A stretch of 64,000 nt of DNA, taken from contig CAWAAX010000026.1 in the NCBI GenBank assembly GCA_963780225.1, positions 13,403 through 77,402 of the forward strand. Reading direction: 5' to 3'. Shown here piece after piece: positions 9,259 through 18,208 of this stretch. Source of the DNA: an uncultured bacterium. GTDB lineage: Bacteria > Edwardsbacteria > AC1 > EtOH8. The number at the start of each line of letters is the position of its first letter. Within the stretch, counting starts at the first letter, position 1. Below the pieces are notes generated by a model. The model was not told where the DNA came from, searched no databases, and saw nothing but the letters and a program-made list of their open reading frames with translations. A program made the translations under genes and the position numbers.

Positions 9259-9866
9259 GGGTTGCCCACTAAAACCCACGAAAAGGACGAAAAATAATTC
9301 ATGGTTTCGATCGGGGTTGCCCACTAAAACCCACGAAAACATTTACCATTTAAAATTCAAGGTTGCCCACGAAAAACACTAAAAGGCACGGAACATTTAA
9401 ATTTTACGATGGCTTGAAAAAACGCGGATAAAGTATATGAAGGTCGAATTATTATATAAAGATGAGAGCTATGCCATAATAGGCGCATGTTTCAATGTGT
9501 ATAAAAATATGGGGAGCGGATTTTTAGAGCCAGTTTATCAGGAATGCCTGGAAATTGAATTCGAAAGACAAAAAATTCCATTTGAGCCGCAGAAAGAACT
9601 TGCCTTAAAATACCAGGATAGAACATTAAAGCAAAAGTATAAGCCGGACTTTGTTTGTTACGGCAAAATAGTGGTGGAGATAAAAGCGGTAGAAAAGATC
9701 ATTGATGATCACAGGTCACAAATGTTGAATTATCTTAACGCCACCGGTTTTAAATTGGGCTTGCTGGTAAATTTTGGCCACCACCCCAGGATGGAAAACG
9801 AAAGATTTATCCTTTAAATAAAAATCCCGCTGAGCAGAAAAAATATTTTTTCGTGTATTTAGTGGG
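9259..9866. mobile_element. Small low-GC cassette carrying a GxxExxY gene, bounded by inverted TTGCCCACTAAA motifs
   Basis: GGTTGCCCACTAAAACCCACGAAAA occurs as direct repeats at 9260 and 9314, with a variant at 9361. The inverted copy TTTAGTGGGCAA is at ~9853. The cassette is about 40% GC between ~62% GC genes. Confidence 0.4.
9437..9817 (+). CDS. GxxExxY family protein (PD-(D/E)XK-like small protein)
   Basis: 126 aa with ...GSGFLEPVYQECLEIEF... and KPDFVCYGKIVVEIKAVEKI, the typical GxxExxY architecture. Low GC. Confidence 0.75.
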   Translation: MKVELLYKDESYAIIGACFNVYKNMGSGFLEPVYQECLEIEFERQKIPFEPQKELALKYQDRTLKQKYKPDFVCYGKIVVEIKAVEKIIDDHRSQMLNYLNATGFKLGLLVNFGHHPRMENERFIL

Positions 9867-9887
9867 CAAAACCAAAAGTAAGAGCCT

Positions 9888-10724
9888 ATGAACCCCAATA
9901 TCTACCTACCATACATAGCCGAGATCACCGACATCAAGCAGGAGACCGGCGATACCCGGACCTACGATGTCAAAATAAAGAACAAGGACGAGGCCAAGCT
10001 GTTCGTCTCCCGGCCCGGCCAGTTCGTGGAGGCCTCGGTGTTCGGGGCCGGCGAGGCACCCTTCGGGCTGACCACTTCGCCCAGGGAGCCCGGGGTGATG
10101 ACCTTTACCGTGCGGGCTTGCGGCAAGGTGACCAACGCCCTAGCCGAAATGAAGAAGGGCGAAGAGATAGGCATCAAGGGTCCCCTGGGCAACAGCTTTT
10201 TGGACAAGATAGACTCCAAGGGCAAGGACATTCTGGTGATCGGGGGCGGCATCGGGCTTCCGCCGCTGCGCTCCATGATAGACCACATCTTCAACAACCG
10301 TTCGGACTACCGGGAGTTCACCATCCTCTACGGCGCCAGGACCCCGGCCGACCGGGTCTACAAATATCAGCTTACCGACTGGGAAAAGAAGACCGACCTC
10401 AAGCTGATCCAGACGGTGGACGTGGCCGACAAGGACTGGACCGGCAACGTGGGGGTGGTCACCACTTTGTTCCCCAAGCTGAAACTGGACATCCCCAACA
10501 CCGTGGTCTACACCTGCGGTCCGCCCATCATGATCAAGTTCGTGATAATCGAACTGCTCAAGCTGGGTCTGCCGGAGAAGCAGATCGTGTCCACCTTGGA
10601 GCGCTACATGAAGTGCGGGGTGGGGAAATGCGGGCACTGCTGCATCGGGAACAAGTACGTCTGCACCGACGGGCCGGTGTTCGATTATACCGAGATCAAG
10701 GGGCTGGCCGAAGAGGCGTTCTAA
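9888..10724 (+). CDS. FAD/NAD(P)-binding oxidoreductase with a C-terminal [2Fe-2S] (sulfhydrogenase gamma HydG / AsrB / PyrK-like)
   Basis: FNR-like fold (RPGQFVEASVFGAGEAPF, ILVIGGGIGLPPLRSM) and the C-terminal cluster motif CGVGKCGHCCIGNKYVC. Confidence 0.75.
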   Translation: MNPNIYLPYIAEITDIKQETGDTRTYDVKIKNKDEAKLFVSRPGQFVEASVFGAGEAPFGLTTSPREPGVMTFTVRACGKVTNALAEMKKGEEIGIKGPLGNSFLDKIDSKGKDILVIGGGIGLPPLRSMIDHIFNNRSDYREFTILYGARTPADRVYKYQLTDWEKKTDLKLIQTVDVADKDWTGNVGVVTTLFPKLKLDIPNTVVYTCGPPIMIKFVIIELLKLGLPEKQIVSTLERYMKCGVGKCGHCCIGNKYVCTDGPVFDYTEIKGLAEEAF

Positions 10725-10817
10725 CGATAGGGATTACGATAGGCCATACAATGGGGATTCGATAGCGATACAATTGCAGTCTCAATGTATAACCATCGTA
10801 TAGCAAAGGAAGCTATC

Positions 10818-11384
10818 GTGCTTGACCTGATAGAGTATCTCCGCTCCCTGAACCAAAACTCCCTGATCATCGGGGTGGGCAATCCCCTGAGGGGCGACGA
10901 CGGGTTCGGACCGGCATTGATAGCAGGGCTTAACGGACGGACCGGCATCAGGCTGATGGACGCCGAGGAGATCCCGGAAGCCTTTCTGGATCAGGCGGTC
11001 CAAATGGCCCCGGACAAACTGCTGATCGCCGACGCGGTGGCCCTGGGCGGCCTGCCGGGGGAAGCGGCCCTGATGCCGCCGGAATCGCTGGGGCAGAAGA
11101 TAGCCATCTCCACCCACAACCTGCCGCTGCTGATGTTCATCAAGTTCTTCCGGGAACAAAGCCCCAACACCGAGGTGATGCTGCTGGGGGTTCAGCCCAA
11201 GGGGATAGAGTTCGGGAAGGAGCTGAGCCCGGAGATAAGGAAGACCATAGACAGTTTGGTGGCAATCATACTGACAAGAAACCTAACAGAAGGGCAATTC
11301 TTAACGGTTCAAATGCATAATCATAATACCAAACAGTTTTTCTTTAAAAATTGTTATTCGAATGAGGGTTTGATATACAGTTAG
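10818..11384 (+). CDS. Hydrogenase maturation endopeptidase (HycI/HybD family)
   Basis: Signature LIIGVGNPLRGDDGFGPALI. I chose the GTG start at 10818, which has an AAAGGAAG RBS; the ORF track starts at 10785. Confidence 0.75.
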   Translation: MLDLIEYLRSLNQNSLIIGVGNPLRGDDGFGPALIAGLNGRTGIRLMDAEEIPEAFLDQAVQMAPDKLLIADAVALGGLPGEAALMPPESLGQKIAISTHNLPLLMFIKFFREQSPNTEVMLLGVQPKGIEFGKELSPEIRKTIDSLVAIILTRNLTEGQFLTVQMHNHNTKQFFFKNCYSNEGLIYS

Positions 11385-11427
11385 AATTTAAAATAATAAA
11401 ATAAACTCAATGATATAAGAAATATAT

Positions 11428-12882
11428 GTGTTACCAATTTTACTATTCACCATGCTGTTGCTGCCCTTTGCCGGGGCGCTGGTCTCGCAGTGGCTGCCGG
11501 AGAAGAGGCAGGACGGCTTTGCCGCAGTCATCGTCAGCCTGGTGACCGCGGCCTCGCTGTGGGCGGTATTCCTGGGGCTGGGCAAAAGCGTTCATTCCAA
11601 CGTCCTGCCTTGGTGGCCGTGGCTGCCTGAGGGCACTGAAGTGATGGGCCTCCATCTGGACCCGCTGTCCATAGTCCTGCTGCTGGTGACCACCATCATC
11701 GGACTGGCGGTGACCTTCTACGCCCGGGACTACCTTACCCCCCAGAACAAGTATCATCCCATTACAGGCGGCAAGAAACGCTTTTACCTGTGGCACCTGT
11801 TGTTCGTGGGCGCCATGGTGGGGGTGGCCCTGTCCCCCAACTTCCTCCAGATGTTCATCTTCTGGGAGCTGACCACCATCTGCTCCTGGGCCCTGATCTC
11901 CTACTACCACGACAGCGAGTCGCTGGAGGCCGGGTTCGAGGCGCTGATCAAGACCTTCTTCGGGGGCATCTTCTTCCTGATCGCCCTGATAGTGCTGTTC
12001 GTCAACACCGGCAGTTTCGGCTTCGACGCCATCAATCTTTTGACCCCCCAGCTGAAGACGGTGGTCTTCATCCTGTTCCTGATAGCGGCCTGGGCCAAGT
12101 CATCCCAGATAGTCTTCTTCGCCTGGCTGCCCAACGCCATGGCCGCGCCCACCCCGGTCTCCTGCTACCTGCACGCGGCCGCCATGGTCAAGGCCGGAGT
12201 TTATCTGATGGCCCGGGTGGCCATCTCCACCGTGGGCTTCTCCTACGGGCTGGGTCTTTTGGTGGCGGTGTTTGCGGTGTTCACCATGCTGGCCGCGCTG
12301 TTCCTGTTCTTCTTCCAGACCGATCTTAAAAAATTCCTGGCCTATTCCACCATCGCCCACCTGGGATACATCTTCCTGGGCATAGGGCTGGGGGTGATGG
12401 GCAGCTACTACGGCTACCAGGGGGCCATCCTTCACATCATCTGCCACGCCCCGGCCAAGGCCCTGCTGTTCATCTGCGTGGGGAACATAGCCTACGCCAC
12501 CGGCACCCGCAACATGGACGAACTGGGCGGCCTGACCAAGACCATGCCGCTGACCTCGATCGCCTTCATCGTGGGAACTTTGGGCGTCACCGGCATCGCC
12601 CCGCTTTCCTGCTACTGGTCAAAACTTTTCCTGATGGAGGGCGTGATAGAGATGGGCGGCAAGACGGCCGTCTTCCTGATCATCCCCTTCGTGGCCGAGA
12701 TCATCATCGCCTTCGCCTGGTATTTCTTCATCGCCCACAAGGTGTTCTTCGGCGAGGCCTCGCCCCGGGTGAACCAGGCCCTTAAACTGCCCATGAACAC
12801 CAAGGTCATCCTGATCGTGCTGATGGTGCTGACCGTGATCGCCCCGCTGGTGGGTTTGCCGCTGGTGAAGTTGATACGGTAA
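11428..12882 (+). CDS. Complex I / Mrp antiporter-like membrane subunit (NuoM/N, MrpD, HyfD-like)
   Basis: 484 aa and polytopic, with the conserved proton-pumping core (WLPNAMAAPTPVSCYLHAAAMVKAGVYL). Confidence 0.8.
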   Translation: MLPILLFTMLLLPFAGALVSQWLPEKRQDGFAAVIVSLVTAASLWAVFLGLGKSVHSNVLPWWPWLPEGTEVMGLHLDPLSIVLLLVTTIIGLAVTFYARDYLTPQNKYHPITGGKKRFYLWHLLFVGAMVGVALSPNFLQMFIFWELTTICSWALISYYHDSESLEAGFEALIKTFFGGIFFLIALIVLFVNTGSFGFDAINLLTPQLKTVVFILFLIAAWAKSSQIVFFAWLPNAMAAPTPVSCYLHAAAMVKAGVYLMARVAISTVGFSYGLGLLVAVFAVFTMLAALFLFFFQTDLKKFLAYSTIAHLGYIFLGIGLGVMGSYYGYQGAILHIICHAPAKALLFICVGNIAYATGTRNMDELGGLTKTMPLTSIAFIVGTLGVTGIAPLSCYWSKLFLMEGVIEMGGKTAVFLIIPFVAEIIIAFAWYFFIAHKVFFGEASPRVNQALKLPMNTKVILIVLMVLTVIAPLVGLPLVKLIR

Positions 12883-12961
12883 GCCCGACCCCTCCCTTGA
12901 TCCCTCCCCGTTGCGGAGAGGGATAAGTTAGTTCGGTAAGGTAAACAAAAGAGGAGAGAGT

Positions 12962-13981
12962 ATGCATCCTCGTCACTATGTTTTGGGCATGTTCGCGGTT
13001 TTGTTGGCTGTTTGTATGGCATGCCCGCTTAATGCACAAGTAAAACAGCAAGGGACAAAGCAAACTGTTACGGCCAAGCCGGAAACGGTTTACGTGCAGG
13101 CAATCCAGCCAGAAAATACGAAGCAATTGGATAGAACAATAAGTGTTCTTAATATAATTATAACTGCAATTGGTGTTTTAGGTACAATCGTTACGTTGGC
13201 CTTTATGGTTGCAATTGCTCTAGGTTTTTTTGAAATAAACAAGTGGAGGGAGATTAGAGTACAAGCGGAGCAGCATAAAAAAGATGTGCAACAATGCCTT
13301 GAAGATATAAAAAAATATCTAGCTGTTGCAAAACAAGACAAAGACGAAATTAAAAAGACAAAGGAAGAAGCCGACGCTCTAATTGTGGGAATAAAACAAC
13401 TTTCGTTAAAGGAAAAACCATCGAAAGAAGTCAAGGCAAAGCTTGATGAATATGGGAAAAAGATAGAAATGCTTGAAGCCTTGGGTAGCCCATTGACGCC
13501 GGAAAATTATTATAACAAGGGAATTGACTTTTACTACAAAAGCAAATATGAGGTAGCTCTGAGTGCCTTTGAGAAAGCCATAGAACTTAAACCTGTATTT
13601 GCTCAAGCTTGGTGCAACAAAGGTGTCGTACTCAGTGAACTTGGGAATAACGAAGAAGCACTCAAAGCCCATGAGAAGGCCATAGAACTAAATCCAAATT
13701 ATGCCAACGCCTGGGACAATAAGGGCATTGTACTAAGCAAGCTGAAACGATATGGAGATGCACTTAAAGCACATGAGAAAGCAATAGTGATAAAGCCAGA
13801 TTTTGTAAATGCCTGGTTTAATAAGGCTTGTGTTTATTCATTAATGGGCGATAAGCAAAATTCCCTTATAAGTTTAAGCAAAACAATAAAGTTGGATTCT
13901 ACACGCAAAGAAGACGCAAAAAGTGACGAAGATTTTAAGACCCTATGGACAGACCCTGATTTTATAAAACTTGTAAGTTAA
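12962..13981 (+). CDS. TPR-repeat protein with an N-terminal signal/TM and a coiled coil; a low-GC insertion inside the hydrogenase operon
   Basis: Four or five TPR units (AWCNKGVVLSELGNNEEALKAHEKAIELNP, etc.). About 40% GC. Confidence 0.75.
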   Translation: MHPRHYVLGMFAVLLAVCMACPLNAQVKQQGTKQTVTAKPETVYVQAIQPENTKQLDRTISVLNIIITAIGVLGTIVTLAFMVAIALGFFEINKWREIRVQAEQHKKDVQQCLEDIKKYLAVAKQDKDEIKKTKEEADALIVGIKQLSLKEKPSKEVKAKLDEYGKKIEMLEALGSPLTPENYYNKGIDFYYKSKYEVALSAFEKAIELKPVFAQAWCNKGVVLSELGNNEEALKAHEKAIELNPNYANAWDNKGIVLSKLKRYGDALKAHEKAIVIKPDFVNAWFNKACVYSLMGDKQNSLISLSKTIKLDSTRKEDAKSDEDFKTLWTDPDFIKLVS

Positions 13982-13994
13982 ATTAAAGATACAT

Positions 13995-16043
13995 ATGAGC
14001 CTTCAATTCATCATACTCCTTTCCATGGGCTGGCTGCTGGCCGGCGCGGCCATTACCCTGGCCATGCCCTACTCCCGGCGCACCATCGGCTGGGTCTCGC
14101 TCTTCTTCCAGACCCTGGCGGCGGGCGGGTTCGGCTACGTGGCCGTCCAGGTGCTGGCCAACGGGACCTTCAGCCTGGACAAGCCGCTGTTCTCGGTGGC
14201 GGGGCTGGGGGCGGCCTTCCTGCTTAAGGTGGACGCGCTGTCGGCCATATTCCTGCTGGCCATCACCATCGTCTCCTGGGCGGCCGGGCTGTACTCGGTG
14301 CAGTACATCAAGCACTACAAGGAATCGCTGGGCCGCTACTATCCGCTGTTCCTGCTGTTCCTGTTGGGGATGTACGGGGTGGTGGTGGTGCGCGACCTGT
14401 TCTTCTTCATAGTCTTCTGGGAATTCATGACCCTGACCAGCTACGGCCTGGTGGTGTTCGAATGGGGCAACAAGCAGAGCGTCAACGCCGGCTTCAAGTA
14501 TTTCCTGATGACCCACATCGGCACCGCCGGCATCATCATCGCCGCCAACACCCTGTACCACTATTCGCAATCCTTTGACTTTGAGGCCCTGCGCCCGGTG
14601 ATGGCCCTGTTGAGCAGCGAGAACCCGGCCCTGCTGCACACAATCTTATTATTGTTCTTCGTGGGCTTTGCCACCAAGGCCGGCGTCTTCCCCTTCGGCG
14701 ACTGGCTGCCCGACGCCCACCCGGCGGCCCCGGCCCCGGTCAGCGCCATCCTTTCCGGGGTGATGATCAAGATGGGGATCTACGGGATCCTGAGGGTCTT
14801 TTGGGGGATGCTCCCGGTCTCCGACTTCTCCTATGTCTGGGGCACGGTGATGGCGGTGTTCGGCACGGTCTCGCTGTTCATCGGCACCATGACCATCATG
14901 TACCAGACCGACAGCAAGAGGTTCCTGGCCTTCAGCTCGGTGGGCCAGATCGGATACATCCTGCTGGCCGTCGGGGCCGGCCTGATGCTGACCCGGATCT
15001 CCCCGGCTTTGGCCACGGTGGCCCTGGTGGCCGGGCTGTTCCACCTGATCAACCACGCGGCCTTCAAGTCGCTGCTGTTCCTGACCGCCGGCTCGCTCCA
15101 GTATAGGACCGGAACCCGGGACCTGGACAAGATGGGCGGGCTGGCCAAATACATGCCCTGGACCGCCGCGGTGGCCATCATCGCCGCCCTGGGCATCTCC
15201 GGCATTCCTCCCCTCAACGGCTTCGCCAGCAAGTGGCTGATCTACCAGTCCACCATCAACGCCGGTTTCAACACGCCGATACTTCTGCTCTGCGGGCTGA
15301 TCGCCCTGTTCACCAGCCTTCTGACCCTGGCCAGCGTGATGGTAAAATACATCGGCCTGGCCTTTCTGGGCCAGCGCCTGCCCAGTAATAAAGATGTCAA
15401 CAGCGACGTGCCCCGCTCCATGATCTGGGCCCAGGGGATCCTGGCGGCTGTGGTCATCCTGGAGGGCGTGCTGGCCGGGTTCATCGTCCGCGGCCTGTAC
15501 AACGCCGCCAGCGGGCTCTTGACCCCGGACTACTGGCCCCAGTTCGGTTCGTTGTTCCACACGGCCTTCCTGGGCCTGCGCCTCAATTTCGGCGAGGGGC
15601 TGGTGGGCTTCTATAATCCCCTGTTCCTGCTGATCATCCTGGCCGGGCTGGCCTTGATCGCCGTGCTGTTCTGGTGGTCGGGCGGGGCCAAGCGCAGGGT
15701 GGTCTCCGAACTTTGGTACTCGGGCGAACGGCAGTCCCCGGCCTCGGTGCGCTATTCCTCCAGCAGCTACTTCAAGACCTTCAAGCAGAATTTCAACATC
15801 CGGATCGGCAAGTACACCCTGGAAGGCGTTTACCCCAAGTGGCCGTCGGTAAAGTTCAAGAAATCATTCAAACTCAAATACCTGCTGGACGTGGACAGCT
15901 GGCTGTACCGGCCCCTGGCCTTTTTGGGCCACAAGGCGCTGGAGATCTTCGCCGGCACACACAGCGGGTTCCCGCAGTGGTATCTGCTGTGGATGGTTAT
16001 CGGCGCGGCGGCGGCCATGCTGGTGATGTTTTTGGTGAGGTAG
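13995..16043 (+). CDS. NuoL/MrpA/HyfB-like large antiporter-type membrane subunit
   Basis: 682 aa (E. coli HyfB is 672 aa). Conserved core FPFGDWLPDAHPAAPAPVSAILSGVMIKMGIYG. Confidence 0.8.
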   Translation: MSLQFIILLSMGWLLAGAAITLAMPYSRRTIGWVSLFFQTLAAGGFGYVAVQVLANGTFSLDKPLFSVAGLGAAFLLKVDALSAIFLLAITIVSWAAGLYSVQYIKHYKESLGRYYPLFLLFLLGMYGVVVVRDLFFFIVFWEFMTLTSYGLVVFEWGNKQSVNAGFKYFLMTHIGTAGIIIAANTLYHYSQSFDFEALRPVMALLSSENPALLHTILLLFFVGFATKAGVFPFGDWLPDAHPAAPAPVSAILSGVMIKMGIYGILRVFWGMLPVSDFSYVWGTVMAVFGTVSLFIGTMTIMYQTDSKRFLAFSSVGQIGYILLAVGAGLMLTRISPALATVALVAGLFHLINHAAFKSLLFLTAGSLQYRTGTRDLDKMGGLAKYMPWTAAVAIIAALGISGIPPLNGFASKWLIYQSTINAGFNTPILLLCGLIALFTSLLTLASVMVKYIGLAFLGQRLPSNKDVNSDVPRSMIWAQGILAAVVILEGVLAGFIVRGLYNAASGLLTPDYWPQFGSLFHTAFLGLRLNFGEGLVGFYNPLFLLIILAGLALIAVLFWWSGGAKRRVVSELWYSGERQSPASVRYSSSSYFKTFKQNFNIRIGKYTLEGVYPKWPSVKFKKSFKLKYLLDVDSWLYRPLAFLGHKALEIFAGTHSGFPQWYLLWMVIGAAAAMLVMFLVR

Positions 16044-16133
16044 AACCTTAGACGGGATTAACATGATTTTCAAAACTTGGAGGTTAACTTCGACAGAAGA
16101 TCATCAATCAACAAGATTCTTTGGAGAAACATA

Positions 16134-16397
16134 ATGAAACTCCGGCTGGCATTAGTGGTCTTAGCGATGATGTTTACCAGTGCCTACGCTGATTTTGCGG
16201 AAGATTCTACAGCAGCACAACCGGTCGTACAGAAAACCACCGATTCATTACGGCAGTCGAATACTTGGCCCGGCACATATCATATTTGCTCTGTTGGACT
16301 GGGGAAGTACAGCCCGCGTCCGTACTTTTCGTATACGCCAGTCGGGATAAAGAACTGCTCAATGTCTTGCCGGAATCCAGTATTCGTCTGGTTTTAG
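16134..16397 (+). CDS. Small secreted hypothetical protein
   Basis: GGAG RBS and the signal peptide MKLRLALVVLAMMFTSAYA. No homology is recognisable. Confidence 0.3.
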   Translation: MKLRLALVVLAMMFTSAYADFAEDSTAAQPVVQKTTDSLRQSNTWPGTYHICSVGLGKYSPRPYFSYTPVGIKNCSMSCRNPVFVWF

Positions 16398-16891
16398 GTA
16401 TGGCCGTGACCGACAGGGTAGACCTGCTGGCGAACATTGACGGAGGGTATTTGCAGTGTGGGACTAAGCACCGGGTACGTTTCACCGCACAATTTCAGGC
16501 TCAGGCCTTGGGATCCGGTATAATTTTGGATCACGACAGGTGGATGTTTCCATACATTGCGCCTAATGTTGCCGAGGCGATTCTGAGATGAGGTACAGCA
16601 ACTAAGAATTATTCATTCATGTTTATTGCAAATAGGATTCGTACGGAGAACTGAGAAGCCACCTGGTATTAGCTGCGGATCGAGATACGCGGGGACTGAT
16701 ATCCGGCCGTGCACAATCATTTTACGCAAGCCGGATGAAATGGCTGTTAGGGATTTCTACGAATGGCGGTATAATTCATCATATATTGCAAGATACTTAT
16801 AATGAAGGGCAAGAGGTTCCAATAATGCTTTGCAGACAGTTAACCTTTCAACAATGGCAACATAAAGCAACATCTTAAACAAAGGGATACA

Positions 16892-18208
16892 ATGACCAAA
16901 CAGGAAATACTCTCTTTACTAAAGGCCAAGCTGGGCACCGGATTCATCGCCCACAGCGAGCCTATTCCCGACCAGCTGTGGGTGGAGGTCAAGCCCCAGG
17001 CCTCGGTCCAGGCCGTGGAGATACTGCACCGCACCACCAAGGCCCGCTATCTGGTGAGCGTGGGCTCGGACGAGCGGGAGCTAAAGAAGCGCTTCGGGGT
17101 CTACCACCTGTTCAGCTTTGACAAAGAACACTTCTTCGTCACCATCGACGTCTCGGCCGACCCCCACAAGCCGGTGCTGCCCTCCATCACCAACGTCATC
17201 GCCGGGGCCAACTGGTCGGAGCGGGAGATCCGCGATCTGTTGGGCGTGCAGTTCGAGGGCCATCCCGATCCCCGGAGATTAGTTCTGGCCGATGACTGGC
17301 CGAACGAGGTCTATCCGCTGCGCCGGGACTTCGACTACAGTTCCAAGCCGCCCTCCAACCCGGAGAACGCCTATCCCTTCAAGGACAACCCGCCCAACAC
17401 CACGGTGGTGGCCATGGGGCCGTATTTCCCGGTGTTCGAGGAAGCCACCTATTTCCGGCTGTACGTCGAGGGCGAAAAGGTGGTGGACGTGGACTACCGC
17501 GGATTTTACGCCCACCGGGGCATAGAAAAACTGGGCGACGCTTCGCTGACCTACAACCAGATACCCTTCATCGCCGAGCGGATCTGCGGTATCTGCGGCT
17601 TCGTCCACAACGTCTCCTTCTGCAAATTAGTGGAACACGCGGCCGGGATCAAGGTCCCGCGCCGGGCCGACTACATAAGAACCATCATGCTGGAGCTGGA
17701 GCGCATCCATTCCCACGCCCTGTGGCTGGGGGTGGCCGGGCACATCATCGGCTTTGACACCGTGCTGATGCAGACCTGGCGGATGCGGGAGCCCATCATG
17801 TGGCTGTGCGAAAAGCTGACCGGCAACCGCAAGACCTACGGCATGAACCTGATCGGCGGGGTGCGCCGGGACATCACCAAGGCCCAGGTGCCCGAGGTCC
17901 GCAAAAAGATCGACGCCATGGACAAGGAATGGCAGGCGGTGCTGGACGCCGTCAAGGACGACACCACATTAAGAATGAGATTAGAGAAGGTGGGGATCCT
18001 CAACCGCGAGCAGAGCCACGAGTGGGCGGCAGTGGGCCCGGTGGCCCGGGCGGCCGACATCGACATGGACTCCCGCAAGGACCATCCCTACTGCGCCTAC
18101 GACGCGGTGGATTTCAAGGTGATCACCGCCGACACCAACGACGTCTGGGGCCGGACCGTGGTCCGGATCCTGGAAACAATCGAATCGTTCAAGATCGTCC
18201 GCCAATGA
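16892..18208 (+). pseudogene. Truncated tandem duplicate of the 5' 1.3 kb of the hydrogenase large-subunit gene
   Basis: 16892-18205 is near-identical to 18205-19518, with a few synonymous or conservative differences. The junction ..GTCCGCCA|ATGACCAAACAGG creates a TGA, so the copy ends before the C-terminal Ni-binding motif. Confidence 0.7.

Noticed and set aside
9259-9400. CRISPR array suggested by the repeated GGTTGCCCACTAAAACCCACGAAAA
   Set aside because: There are only about 2.5 copies, the spacers have unequal lengths (29 and 21 bp), the third repeat is degenerate, and no cas genes are present. It is better explained as the terminal motifs of the GxxExxY cassette
17800-18204. N-terminal extension of the large-subunit ORF from the ORF-track start at 17800
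   Set aside because: That part is the +1-frame shadow of copy 1 (Arg/Gly/Pro-rich). The real gene starts at ATG 18205, which repeats the 16892 start
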